IMG/VR virus record: IMGVR_UViG_3300046659_000007
Span: 1 to 45,336 of that record
Strand: one strand, 5' to 3'
DNA length: 45,336 nucleotides
From: a virus
Shown: positions 9,237 to 18,215 of the stretch, one piece after another
How positions within the stretch are numbered: the first letter of the stretch is position 1
Layout: every line of letters begins with the position of its first letter
Position numbers and translations under genes: made by a program
Notes under the pieces: generated by a model
What the model was told of the DNA's origin: nothing
Seen by the model: only the letters and a program-made list of their open reading frames with translations
Database searches by the model: none

Positions 9237-9413
9237 TCAGCCCCACACTTCGAAGATCGGCGGCGGCTCGCACCCCTCTGGCTGCAGCAGTATGGCGCCT
9301 GGTAACGCGGCCTGTATGCAGCGCCGAGCGGCGGCGACATCCGCGCAGAGCGTCGCCTCGCCATCGATCACATTGACGCCGCTCACGATGCGAGCGCGCA
9401 TCACAACTACCAT
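9237..9413 (-). CDS. Hypothetical small protein (start uncertain; the track ORF extends to 9467)
   Basis: The 5' part of the track ORF (9414-9467) is an AT-rich stretch holding two CTATATA boxes, so it looks like a promoter. ATG at 9413 is preferred. Confidence 0.35.
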   Translation of the reverse strand: MVVVMRARIVSGVNVIDGEATLCADVAAARRCIQAALPGAILLQPEGCEPPPIFEVWG

Positions 9414-9450
9414 GCCAGGGTAGTCGATATGACCTATATAGATCGCATAC

Positions 9451-9460
9451 GTATATAGCG
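9451..9460 (-). promoter_or_regulatory. CGCTATATAC box (minus strand) inside the head-module moron island
   Basis: Identical 10-mer to 33561-33570, in an AT-rich segment upstream of ATG 9413. Confidence 0.35.
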
Positions 9461-9555
9461 GCACCACCTAACATTCCCCCTCTTGGAACATGCGCTATGC
9501 GCTCGGCGTTTCGCACCTCGAGCGCTTGCTCCGCGTCTGTCATTGAGAGTCAGTG

Positions 9556-9564
9556 ACTATAGCG
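9556..9564 (-). promoter_or_regulatory. CGCTATAGT box (minus strand)
   Basis: Identical 9-mer to 33576-33584, in the 136-bp gap between 9604..9867 and the next gene. Confidence 0.35.
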
Positions 9565-9603
9565 CCACACTTGCGCGGCATACAAGCGCGCCGATCGAGG
9601 CGT

Positions 9604-9867
9604 TTATGCTAACGCGTCTGGCGACTCGCGCTCTGGCACTGGTCGACCGAGCATTCGGAAGTGTTCGGCGCGCAGCTCATCGATGCGCGCGAGCAGCCTG
9701 TCGGCCTCCTCTCGCGACGCAGACATCATCGCGAGGCGATACTCTACGCTGAGCGGCACATCGCCGAACTTCGCATCAGCGAGGTATGCCTGCGCGAGCC
9801 GCACTGCGTTGTCGAAACTAAACACAAGACTCGCTGCGAGGCGCTCGGCTGGGCTGCGATCGGGCAT
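9604..9867 (-). CDS. Hypothetical protein
   Basis: 87-aa ORF downstream of the methyltransferase gene, co-oriented with it. Confidence 0.45.
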   Translation of the reverse strand: MPDRSPAERLAASLVFSFDNAVRLAQAYLADAKFGDVPLSVEYRLAMMSASREEADRLLARIDELRAEHFRMLGRPVPERESPDALA

Positions 9868-9869
9868 CG

Positions 9870-10541
9870 CTACGCCGCCGCCGACTTGCTCGCGACTCGC
9901 AGCCGCTCGCGCGCGAGCCTGTGTGTCGTCTTGTCCTGCTCGGCGCCGAGCGCGCGCCTGCCCTCGAGCCGAGCTGCGAGCAGCGTTGTGCCTGTGCCTG
10001 CATGCGGATCGATGATGACCTCACCTGGTTCTGAATAGTCGCGCACGAGCGAGCGCATGAGCTCGAGCGGTTTCTGTCCAATGATCGAGGCGCCTCGCAC
10101 GACAGGAGCTGTGTAATGCCCTGGCCTAAAGCGCCGAGGCACAACGATGCGCCTACGTGCAATGGCTATATGCTCGCACTGCGAGCTTGGTCCGTCGCCA
10201 TAGAAGCGCGGCGCCGCTGCCTGCTTGACCCAGATCACAGGCTGAAACACGTACAGATCGCAGCGCTCGAGCGCATCGCGCCAGTAGCCGCACGTGACAT
10301 CGTCGCCGAAGATCACGAACCAGGTGCGCACACGAGGCAGCCAGGCGCGCACGAACGCTCTACAGTAAGCCTCATCGATTATGCCGTAGCTAATGCCTAC
10401 CTGCTGGTTAGGCGCGCTGCCGCTGCGGTATCCAGCTTGCGTGCGCGCGCTGTAAGGAGGGTCTGTCATGAGCGTGTCGCAGTGCACTCGCGCGAGCGCG
10501 TCGCGCCAGTCTCCAAGTCGCAGATCGCATGTGACTGTCAA
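9870..10541 (-). CDS. DNA methyltransferase (N6-adenine or N4-cytosine, beta-class order)
   Basis: Carries the TDPPY catalytic motif near the N-terminus and the DPHAGTGTT AdoMet-binding motif near the C-terminus. Confidence 0.8.
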   Translation of the reverse strand: MTVTCDLRLGDWRDALARVHCDTLMTDPPYSARTQAGYRSGSAPNQQVGISYGIIDEAYCRAFVRAWLPRVRTWFVIFGDDVTCGYWRDALERCDLYVFQPVIWVKQAAAPRFYGDGPSSQCEHIAIARRRIVVPRRFRPGHYTAPVVRGASIIGQKPLELMRSLVRDYSEPGEVIIDPHAGTGTTLLAARLEGRRALGAEQDKTTHRLARERLRVASKSAAA

Positions 10542-12862
10542 GGTTTCACCTCCTCCAATATAGCGATGAGCCGGTCGCGCTGGCTGGTCGTGAGGCCAGG
10601 CACAGCGCCGACGTAGGCGCGAATGAGCGCCGCCTCTGTGCTGATAGTCCGACCCATACCCTTGTATGATTGTGAGGCCGACTCGAAAGCCGCAGCGGCC
10701 TCGGCCTCTGACCAGTCTGTGACCTGGCGCAGTCCGTTGAGCATGCCTGTGATGTAACGATCGTAGGCTCGGCCCTCGAGCACCTCGCCGCCGACAGGCA
10801 GCTGGAGGGCCTTGCTCGAGCCGAGCTCGCCAGCGAGGTCGCGCACGATGCTGCGCGCTGCGGCCTCGGTCGTTGTCTCCTCGATCATCATTCCGATCGA
10901 GCCCTCGGTTGTCGTGTCGAGACTCGTGAGCGTCGGCCCTGCCGCGTGCAGCTCCTCATGTACGTACACACGCAGCGCGATCGCCTGCTTGTATGTGAGC
11001 TGCTCGCCGCGCGCGAGCGCAGCGAGGCTGGCCTGCAGGTCGCTCGCGATGTCTGCACGCAGCTCGAGCGCTCCGTTGCCGTAGAGCGCGCCCTGCGTTC
11101 TGGGATTGCGCAGCACCTGCTTAGCGACCTGAACGTTCTGTGTCGCGCGCGACTGCATCGCCAGGCCTCGGCGAGTGAGCTCAGCCTGCAGCGGCTCGCG
11201 CAGCTTGGTTGCATCTGCCGAGCCTCTGGCAGGCAGCGTGCGCGCGCCTGCATCGAGGTCGGCCAGCAGCTTGCCTCGGCGCCGAGCCTCGGCACTGTGA
11301 GGCTGCAGCGATGGCGGCGGCTGCGGCGGAACTGGCGGCGGCTGCTGCCGAGCTCGAGGCACTGGCGGCTGCGGCGGCAGAGGCGGCGGCAGAGGCGGCG
11401 GCAGAGGCCGACCTGCTGGCGGCGGCGGCGGCGGCGGCGGCCTGCGCCGAGGCGCGCGAGGCGGCGGCGGCGGCGGCTGCTGCGGCCGAGGCCTCGGCGC
11501 TGGCGGCTGCAGCGGCTCATCGCCGAGGCCGAGCTCGGCGAGCACATCATCGAGCACAGGCACAGCCGAGCAGCGGCAGGGATAATAGTGCGTATCGAAA
11601 CCAGGATGCGCGCGCTTGCCAGTCTTAGGGTTTACCACTGGCGGCTGCGACCACTTCTGCACCTTGCCATCGAGGGCCTTGTGCCCTGGTCGCACCTTAT
11701 CGTCGCGCGCTGTGAGCCAGGTGTAAGTCTTGATGCCCAGCGCGAGCTGCCGCTCCATGGTCATCGTGCCATGCAGTTTCGCAACGCTGTCGTTCGCGAG
11801 GATGGTCGCGCGCGCCTCTGACAGGCCAGTCTCATTGAGCGCGCGCGCGAGCGGCTCTGGCCGCCAGCCTTCACGCAGGCCGCGCTCGAGTGTCTTCTTT
11901 GCATCGGCGAGCTGCTTGTCGACCAGGCCAACGATGAGCCGCTGCTGCTGCTCGAGGAACCGCTGCGCGACCTGCGGCATGCCTGTCTCCGGCGAGAACA
12001 CATCGATGCCGAGCACCTCGCCGACGATCTGCTCTGTCTCGTTCTTTGTGTGCTCGGCGACTCGATTGCCTGTCTGCCGAATGAGCGCGCCTACTGGCGC
12101 GCGCGCATCGCGCGCGACCGATGCCCTGGCCTTGGCGAGCAGAGCATCGATGTCATCGTCGCCAGCATCGGCGCGCATCGGCGCCGCCAGCGGCTCGAGC
12201 TCGGCGGCCTCGTGCGCGATGAGCACACCTCTCGCGTGCAGCTTCGGCACGACCTGGTAGAGGATCGTATCCTGCGCGCGCGCCATCGCGCGCTGGCCGT
12301 CTGTGAGCACGACATGCGGCGTGCGCAGAATGAGCAGCGCATCGACTGGCCTATCAGTCGACTGGTCGAGCAGTTTACGTATAGCTCGCACGACCGAGAC
12401 ACCTTCAAAGATGCCGCTCGAGCTGGCCGCCATGCGGCGCGCGAGCTCGGCGCTGGCCTCTGACCAGCCGAGGCCGATGAGATCGTCGCTGTGCACGAGC
12501 GACAGGCCGAGCCTCGAGGCGAGCGCCTTGGCGGCGGTAGTCTTGCCAGCGCGAGGCGCGCCTGCGATCGCGATGCGCGCGATGGCTGGCAGCTTCGCAT
12601 CGTCGGCATCGGCGCGCTGCGCCTGCGCGACCAGCCGCGGCAGCGCAGGCACAACGATGCGCTCGACTGCCTGCTGCGTGCGTTTCACTACGCCGAGCAG
12701 ACCAGTGAGGTAGCCGTTGCGCACAGCCGTCGGAAACTCTGGCGGCCTCGGCCGAGCTCGAGCGGCTCGACCTCGAGGCGGCGCGCTCGTGCGCGCTCGA
12801 GCGCGAGCGGCGCCAGTGAGGTTCGCTGCGAGCGCGCGCTGCGCGATGTTGCGTGTCGCCAC
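10538..12862 (-). CDS. MuF / SPP1 gp7-type minor head protein with an inserted P-loop domain, a polyproline linker and a C-terminal HExxH domain
   Basis: Walker A GAPRAGKT lies at 12539-12562. The MuF-like core is TYTWLTARDDKVRPGHKALDGKV...PCRCS. About 70 residues are Pro-rich (about 11305-11510). VYVHEELHA has HEELH at 10946-10960. The gene follows the portal gene. Confidence 0.75.
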   Translation of the reverse strand: MATRNIAQRALAANLTGAARARARTSAPPRGRAARARPRPPEFPTAVRNGYLTGLLGVVKRTQQAVERIVVPALPRLVAQAQRADADDAKLPAIARIAIAGAPRAGKTTAAKALASRLGLSLVHSDDLIGLGWSEASAELARRMAASSSGIFEGVSVVRAIRKLLDQSTDRPVDALLILRTPHVVLTDGQRAMARAQDTILYQVVPKLHARGVLIAHEAAELEPLAAPMRADAGDDDIDALLAKARASVARDARAPVGALIRQTGNRVAEHTKNETEQIVGEVLGIDVFSPETGMPQVAQRFLEQQQRLIVGLVDKQLADAKKTLERGLREGWRPEPLARALNETGLSEARATILANDSVAKLHGTMTMERQLALGIKTYTWLTARDDKVRPGHKALDGKVQKWSQPPVVNPKTGKRAHPGFDTHYYPCRCSAVPVLDDVLAELGLGDEPLQPPAPRPRPQQPPPPPPRAPRRRPPPPPPPPAGRPLPPPLPPPLPPQPPVPRARQQPPPVPPQPPPSLQPHSAEARRRGKLLADLDAGARTLPARGSADATKLREPLQAELTRRGLAMQSRATQNVQVAKQVLRNPRTQGALYGNGALELRADIASDLQASLAALARGEQLTYKQAIALRVYVHEELHAAGPTLTSLDTTTEGSIGMMIEETTTEAAARSIVRDLAGELGSSKALQLPVGGEVLEGRAYDRYITGMLNGLRQVTDWSEAEAAAAFESASQSYKGMGRTISTEAALIRAYVGAVPGLTTSQRDRLIAILEEVKP

Positions 12863-14619
12863 TACTCAGCGCCCTGCGGCGGCGGCGGCGGCGGCGCAGC
12901 ATGCAGGCTCGGCGGCGCTTGCTTCGGCGTAGGCACGAAGCCTCGACCGACAGTCGAGAGCATCTGGTCGGCCTGCCGCTCATCGACCGAGAACGCGCGC
13001 ATGATGATCGCAACCGCTGTCTCGCGAGGTATCTCGCCAGCAGCGACCGCACGAACGATGTCGAGGAGGCTCGCGACCTGCGCCCCATTAAGCGCGCTGT
13101 CGGCTGCAGCATCGCCGCCGCCAGGCAGGCCAGGCAGAGCGCCATCGCCGCCAGCTGGCAGCAGGTCATCAGGCTGGGGCTCGGCGCGCATGCGCTCGAG
13201 CTCGAGCTTGAGTGCGTGCTCGCGCGACTCGACATCGAGCTCGCCGAACTCGCCGCTGTGCGCGAGCGCGAGCGCGGCCTCCTCTGGCAGGATGATCTGC
13301 GCAGTCGTGAGCGCTACCAGCGCATCAGATGTGGTCTTGAATGCGGTTGCTTTCTCGGCCTTGGTCTCCTGCCAGAGCGGCGGAAACTCGACATGCCATC
13401 CGTCGATGACCTCGCCGTTAGTCGGTCCATCATCGGTCGCCATGATGATGCGAGTGAGCTGCTCGATGGCAGGCACGAGCTCCTCGAGGCGCTCGCTCGC
13501 AACGCGATCATACCAGCCGCGCACATCGCTCTCGCCAGTCGCATTCATGCCCGCTGGCGACCTGCCCCACAGCACCGTCGCAGGCATGCTGGCGGCGGCG
13601 GCGATGCGCATCATGAACCGATCGAGCAGGTCTGGTATGCCGGTGAATGTGGTTGCGACACGCTCGAAACTTTCTTTCTCGGCATCGAGCAGCACCGCTC
13701 GAGCGCTCGAGCGCGCGATATCCATCATCTGCAGGCGCTTGCGCAGCAGTGCCTCGCCATTCGCGGCGAGCATCTGAATGAGGTTGGCAACCTTGAATAC
13801 GCCTTGGCTCGCATCTGTCATCAGATGCGCCGTCGACATCCAAGCAGAGGCGCTCTGCTTGAGCGCCTGATAGGGGCGCTGCAGCACGCTATCATCCCAG
13901 AATGTGCCGCTGAGCACCTGGTAGCGTGCGCTGGTCACACCTCTGAATGTGAGCAGGCGCGACTCGTGAACGATGAGATCTCCGTAGCGACTGCTGCCAG
14001 TGCGCAGCGGCGCGACTGGCTTACCATCGGCGCCAGTGACTGTGCCCTGCTGCATGCGCGTCTGCGGCGGCACGATCACTCGGAACCGCTCGACCTGGCC
14101 GAACTTCGGCGAGCGGATGTCTGTGTAGTAAGACTCTGCGACCAGCTGCGTGCGGCGCAGCACAGTGAGGAACCTGCAGCTCGCGACTCGCTCGAGGTCG
14201 AGCGGCTCGCTCACATCCTGCCCATCATCGGCGCCGACGAATACGCAGCCGTAGCCGTAGAGCCTGCCCCATATCCACGCCTGCCGCAGCGCCTTGCCAG
14301 CGCCGAGCGCCTTGAGCGCATCGTCGATCGAGCGCGAGACAGTCGTTGCATCCTCGATCTCATCGGCGCTGATGTGTATTCGAAAGCCTGCGCGCAGCGC
14401 CTCGCTCGGCAGCGCAGCGACGATCTTGGCTGCGATGTCATCGTCTGTGTAGAGCGACTCGAGCTGCTGGTCTGTGAGCGGCGCAGCGAGGACCTGCTCT
14501 TGCGCAGACAGCTTGTCGCGCACAGTGCCGAGGCCTGTGATCACGTTCTGCCAGGCATCGAGCCGCTGCACTGTGTCTAGGACGCGATTAGCCAGGCTCA
14601 TGCTCGCGCCTATCGGCAT
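12862..14619 (-). CDS. Portal protein
   Basis: 585 aa, immediately downstream of terL. The N-terminus (RLDAWQNVITGLGTVRDK) is typical of DUF1073-type portals. Confidence 0.8.
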   Translation of the reverse strand: MPIGASMSLANRVLDTVQRLDAWQNVITGLGTVRDKLSAQEQVLAAPLTDQQLESLYTDDDIAAKIVAALPSEALRAGFRIHISADEIEDATTVSRSIDDALKALGAGKALRQAWIWGRLYGYGCVFVGADDGQDVSEPLDLERVASCRFLTVLRRTQLVAESYYTDIRSPKFGQVERFRVIVPPQTRMQQGTVTGADGKPVAPLRTGSSRYGDLIVHESRLLTFRGVTSARYQVLSGTFWDDSVLQRPYQALKQSASAWMSTAHLMTDASQGVFKVANLIQMLAANGEALLRKRLQMMDIARSSARAVLLDAEKESFERVATTFTGIPDLLDRFMMRIAAAASMPATVLWGRSPAGMNATGESDVRGWYDRVASERLEELVPAIEQLTRIIMATDDGPTNGEVIDGWHVEFPPLWQETKAEKATAFKTTSDALVALTTAQIILPEEAALALAHSGEFGELDVESREHALKLELERMRAEPQPDDLLPAGGDGALPGLPGGGDAAADSALNGAQVASLLDIVRAVAAGEIPRETAVAIIMRAFSVDERQADQMLSTVGRGFVPTPKQAPPSLHAAPPPPPPQGAE

Positions 14620-14639
14620 CGCGATCCGCTGTCCAGTGG

Positions 14640-16109
14640 CTACAGCTCGAGCGACTCGAGCGCCGCCAGATAGTCTGCGGCGCCTCCCTTGAGGTAGTGT
14701 CTAATGGCCTGCGTCTGCGCATCAACGCGATCATTCGCGACACCTCGAGGGAACCGTTTGTGCTCGGTTGCCCAGTCGTGAACCCATGGCGCGAGCGACG
14801 GGTCTGGCAGCCACACGTTGCCAGCGGCGAACACTGGCTGTGTAGCGTAGGCGCGAGCCTCCTTACTGCCGTCTGGCGTGACTGGCAGCACGCCGCTCAC
14901 CTGCTTGCGCAGCATCTCGATCACGGCAGGGCCGTTTGCTTTGTCCTCGACTAGCGTGGTCGTGATCTGCGGCCAGCGCGCGAGCAGCGTGCGCGCCGCA
15001 GCGACAGTGCCGAGAAAGTCGAGGTGCTCGCGTATCTCATCGAGCAGCCAGAAGTGCGGCGGCCTGTAAGCCCACACCTGCGCGGCGACATAGCTCGAGG
15101 TGTCATGCGCCTTGAATGCGCAGTCGAGCGACAGGCACACGAGCTTTCCCTCGAGCGGCGGTCGCACGAGGTAATACTGCTGCAGCCATTCCTGCCGATA
15201 GATGGCGCCGCCCTGCGGCACTGGGTCCTGCTGGTCTTGGGCTGCCCAGCCATCAGGGCCGAACTCCTGCTTACGCCGATCGACCTCGGCGTCTGGCCAG
15301 CGCGCCTCGCAGAGCAGCTCGCCATCGGCCTGCCGAGGATCCTGCCAGCCGATAGGCGTAGGCGCTCGGCGCGCTGCGCTGATGTAACGCATCGGCATCG
15401 CGAGCACTGCATACCCTTGCTCGGCGGCGAGGCCTGCGAGGTCGCGATCGTGCAGGCGTTGCATGATGATGGTGCGTGTGTTGTTGCCAGGCAGCACACG
15501 CGACGCCATCGTTTCAAACCACCACAGCCGAGTGTGCTCGAGCATCGTCGCGCTGTGCGCATCGGTCGGCTTCATCGGATCATCAACGACCTGCCTGTGT
15601 GCGTGAAAGCCAGTCGGCGAGCCGCCGACGCTGATGGCCTGGCGGATGCCGCCTCGATCATTCTCGAGCCAGTCGGCGAGCCAGCGGCCTCGCTTCGGCT
15701 TCCACACCTCGCGATATAGGTCGCGATACCATTCGCTCTCGAATAGCGTGCGGCACTTGAGCGAGTCGCGCACAGCGAGCGCATCGGCATAGGCCCCGTA
15801 TTGCCACTGACAGCCAGGGTTTATCGACCATTCCCACGCTGGCCACATGACGCAGACAGTCGTGCTCTTGCTCGAGCCTGGCGGAACGTTGATGACCAGC
15901 CGCGGCAGCTCGCCTCGGCTCTGGGCCTCGAGGTGCTCGGCGACTGCGCCTATGTGCCAGTTGTCGACATAGGGCGCATTCGGCACGACGATCGGCCATG
16001 CGCTCTTGATGAACTCGTAGAGGTTGCGAGGCGTGCGAGCTCGCCGCTCGACACGCTTGCCTCGCTCTGCGATGAGGGCAGCGAGGCTCGGCTTACGCTG
16101 CACCGCCAC
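14640..16109 (-). CDS. terL: Terminase large subunit
   Basis: 489 aa. Walker-A-like region PPGSSKST, a C-terminal nuclease-like region, and position upstream of the portal. Confidence 0.8.
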   Translation of the reverse strand: MAVQRKPSLAALIAERGKRVERRARTPRNLYEFIKSAWPIVVPNAPYVDNWHIGAVAEHLEAQSRGELPRLVINVPPGSSKSTTVCVMWPAWEWSINPGCQWQYGAYADALAVRDSLKCRTLFESEWYRDLYREVWKPKRGRWLADWLENDRGGIRQAISVGGSPTGFHAHRQVVDDPMKPTDAHSATMLEHTRLWWFETMASRVLPGNNTRTIIMQRLHDRDLAGLAAEQGYAVLAMPMRYISAARRAPTPIGWQDPRQADGELLCEARWPDAEVDRRKQEFGPDGWAAQDQQDPVPQGGAIYRQEWLQQYYLVRPPLEGKLVCLSLDCAFKAHDTSSYVAAQVWAYRPPHFWLLDEIREHLDFLGTVAAARTLLARWPQITTTLVEDKANGPAVIEMLRKQVSGVLPVTPDGSKEARAYATQPVFAAGNVWLPDPSLAPWVHDWATEHKRFPRGVANDRVDAQTQAIRHYLKGGAADYLAALESLEL

Positions 16110-17337
16110 TGCGGCGCTGCGCGCTCTGGCCTGTCAGTGCCTGCCAGCGTTCGATGATCACATCGCAGTAGGCAGGCGCGAGCTCGACTGCAGTGCACAC
16201 TCGGCCGAGCTGCTCGGCGGCGATTAGCGTTGTGCCGCTGCCAGCGTACGGATCGAATACCTCGCCGCTCGTGAACTTGAGGCAGAAGCCGAGCAGCTTG
16301 ACTGGCTTCTGCGTCGGATGCTTGCGCTTCTCGTGCTCGCCAGCGCGGATCATTCCGTTCCACAGCTGGCGATGCACGCGCGCAGGGCCTGTCTGGTTCG
16401 ACCAGGCGAGCTCGCAGTCGGCGAAGCTATTCTCGATGCCGCTATCATCGCGCTTGTCCCACACGAGCCAGCCGCCCTGCGCTGGTAACTGGTCGGCGAA
16501 GTAGTTACCGCCCCACATGATCACGACCTCGCCGCGCTCGAGCAGCCAGCGCACATCCGGCGTGCTGTCATCGCCAGCAATCGGCGCGTACTTGCCTGCT
16601 TTGGCGACGGTGCCGAACTTAGCCGATTGCGCGCCTGCAGCGCCGACACGGCCCTGCTTGGTCACAACCGAGATACCGTAGGGCGGATCGGTAATCACTG
16701 CGCCGAAGCTGCGCACAGGTGTCTGCCTTCCATCGCCGCAGATCAGCGTGTGAGCGCCGAGCTGCCAGACATCGCCGAGCCTGCTCACTGGGTCGACAGG
16801 CACTGGCGGCGCCTCATCCTCCTCGAGCTCGGCCTCTGGCTTATCGCTGCCGCTGAGCTCATCTGCGAGCGCCTCTATATCCTCGCTCGACCAGCCTGCG
16901 AGCTCGGCCTCGGCCAGGTCAAACTTAGACAGCACGCTCGCGAGCGAGTCGCTCCATGTCGCGAGCTCGCCTAGTCGGTTGTCGGCGAGCGCGAGCAGGT
17001 GTGCCTCGCGCTCGCTGATGTCGAGCAGCCGCACTGGCACCTGCGGCAGCTCGAGCGCGAGCGCTGCTTTCCATCTTGTGTGCCCTGCGATGATCTCTCG
17101 GTTGGCTGCGCGCGCAACGATGACAGAGCCGAAGCCGAACCGCTTGATGCTCTCGATCACAGCCTCGACAGGCTCGCCATCGTTGAGCCGAGGGTTATCG
17201 CGCCAAGGCTTGAGCTCCTTCGGCGACAGCCAGACGGCAGGCGATGCAGCCGCCAGCGGCGAGGCCTTGGCGGCGGCGGCCTTGCGCGCTGCTGGCTTAG
17301 TTGCTGCTGCTTGGTTCTGTTTTGCTTTTGGTTTCAT
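16093..17337 (-). CDS. ParB-like nuclease domain / DNA methyltransferase fusion
   Basis: ParB N-terminal-like region (GEPVEAVIESIKRFGFGSVIVARAANREIIAGHTRWKAA). Methyltransferase motifs TDPPYG and DPYAGSGTT. Start chosen at MKPKAK (ATG 17337); the track ORF extends to 17514. Confidence 0.75.
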   Translation of the reverse strand: MKPKAKQNQAAATKPAARKAAAAKASPLAAASPAVWLSPKELKPWRDNPRLNDGEPVEAVIESIKRFGFGSVIVARAANREIIAGHTRWKAALALELPQVPVRLLDISEREAHLLALADNRLGELATWSDSLASVLSKFDLAEAELAGWSSEDIEALADELSGSDKPEAELEEDEAPPVPVDPVSRLGDVWQLGAHTLICGDGRQTPVRSFGAVITDPPYGISVVTKQGRVGAAGAQSAKFGTVAKAGKYAPIAGDDSTPDVRWLLERGEVVIMWGGNYFADQLPAQGGWLVWDKRDDSGIENSFADCELAWSNQTGPARVHRQLWNGMIRAGEHEKRKHPTQKPVKLLGFCLKFTSGEVFDPYAGSGTTLIAAEQLGRVCTAVELAPAYCDVIIERWQALTGQSAQRRSGGAA

Positions 17338-17635
17338 CTGGACTCTGCGCATCTGGCGCGCGCAGCAGGCGCTCGGCTGCGTATCGCTCGGCGACGCCAG
17401 CGACCTCTGACACGAGCTCGGCGAACTGCGCCTGTGTAACTGACAGTCCTTGCGACGCATGCTCGATGATGCGCTCGACAATGAGCCTCGAGGCAGCGTC
17501 GGCTGCCTCCGCATTCTTATCCATGATCGCTAGCGCATAGGCGCGACCAGTGAACACTAGGTGCATTGCGATGCTCAGCGCTGCGGCGACTAGCAGCTCA
17601 TCGCGACGATCGGCCTTGCCTGTCGGTTCGCTCAT
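17297..17635 (-). CDS. Hypothetical protein
   Basis: 112-aa ORF with gene-like composition. Its 3' end overlaps the next gene by about 40 nt. Confidence 0.45.
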   Translation of the reverse strand: MSEPTGKADRRDELLVAAALSIAMHLVFTGRAYALAIMDKNAEAADAASRLIVERIIEHASQGLSVTQAQFAELVSEVAGVAERYAAERLLRAPDAQSPDETKSKTEPSSSN

Positions 17636-17916
17636 ATCAACCTCATCTTGCGCGCCAGCCTAACCAGCGGCCTCGAGTCTCGCGCGAGTTTCGCCGCCGC
17701 AGCGATCGCAAGCCACTGGCCATCAGCGCTCGAGTCGCGCTCGACCAGATCGAGCAGCTTGCGCGCGCAGCCGACTGCGGCGCCGCACTCCTCGGCTACC
17801 ACTCGCCGCGCTGCGTCGATGATGCCCTCATTGTGGCGCAGGCGCAGCGTGTCGCAGAGCAGCATGTAGTCTGCCATGTCGATGTGCTCGCTGTAGGCGA
17901 AACTCTCGCAGCTCAT
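17632..17916 (-). CDS. Hypothetical protein
   Basis: 94-aa ORF with 4-nt overlaps with both neighbours. Confidence 0.45.
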   Translation of the reverse strand: MSCESFAYSEHIDMADYMLLCDTLRLRHNEGIIDAARRVVAEECGAAVGCARKLLDLVERDSSADGQWLAIAAAAKLARDSRPLVRLARKMRLI

Positions 17917-18215
17917 ATGCGGCTCAGCCTCTGCTCGAGCAGCGACACGAGCGGGTTATAGCCGCCGATGACCTCGACCATGCCGATACCGCAGGCGATG
18001 CCTGCGGCGTATACGATGGCCGACTGCTCGAGCTCGCGCCCCTCTGTGAACTCGAGGCCGCGCGCCTGCGCCGCAGCGACCAGCGAGCTGCCGAGCAGGC
18101 CATCCTCGCCAGCCTCGGCGAGCACTATCAGCACGAGCTCGACCAGATCATGCACGACGTCGATCTGCTGCGTCTCGCGCGAGCCGACCTCTGTCACCTC
18201 ATCCTCACTACTCAT
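17913..18215 (-). CDS. Hypothetical acidic protein
   Basis: Start chosen at ATG 18215 (MSSEDEV), which has GAGGAG 7 nt upstream. Confidence 0.45.
   Translation of the reverse strand: MSSEDEVTEVGSRETQQIDVVHDLVELVLIVLAEAGEDGLLGSSLVAAAQARGLEFTEGRELEQSAIVYAAGIACGIGMVEVIGGYNPLVSLLEQRLSRI

Noticed and set aside
11305-11510. GGC/GCC-rich tandem low-complexity DNA as a non-coding repeat
   Set aside because: It is the in-frame polyproline linker of the MuF-type protein (CCG/CCT codons on the minus strand).
12853-14580. A 575-aa plus-strand ORF, and similar long plus-strand ORFs at 5162..6049, 10946..11821, 12491..13777, 40174..41394 and 41607..42464
   Set aside because: All are antisense shadows of confidently assigned structural genes (portal, capsid, MuF, baseplate). 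Their products are Arg/Ala/Cys-rich low-complexity sequences.
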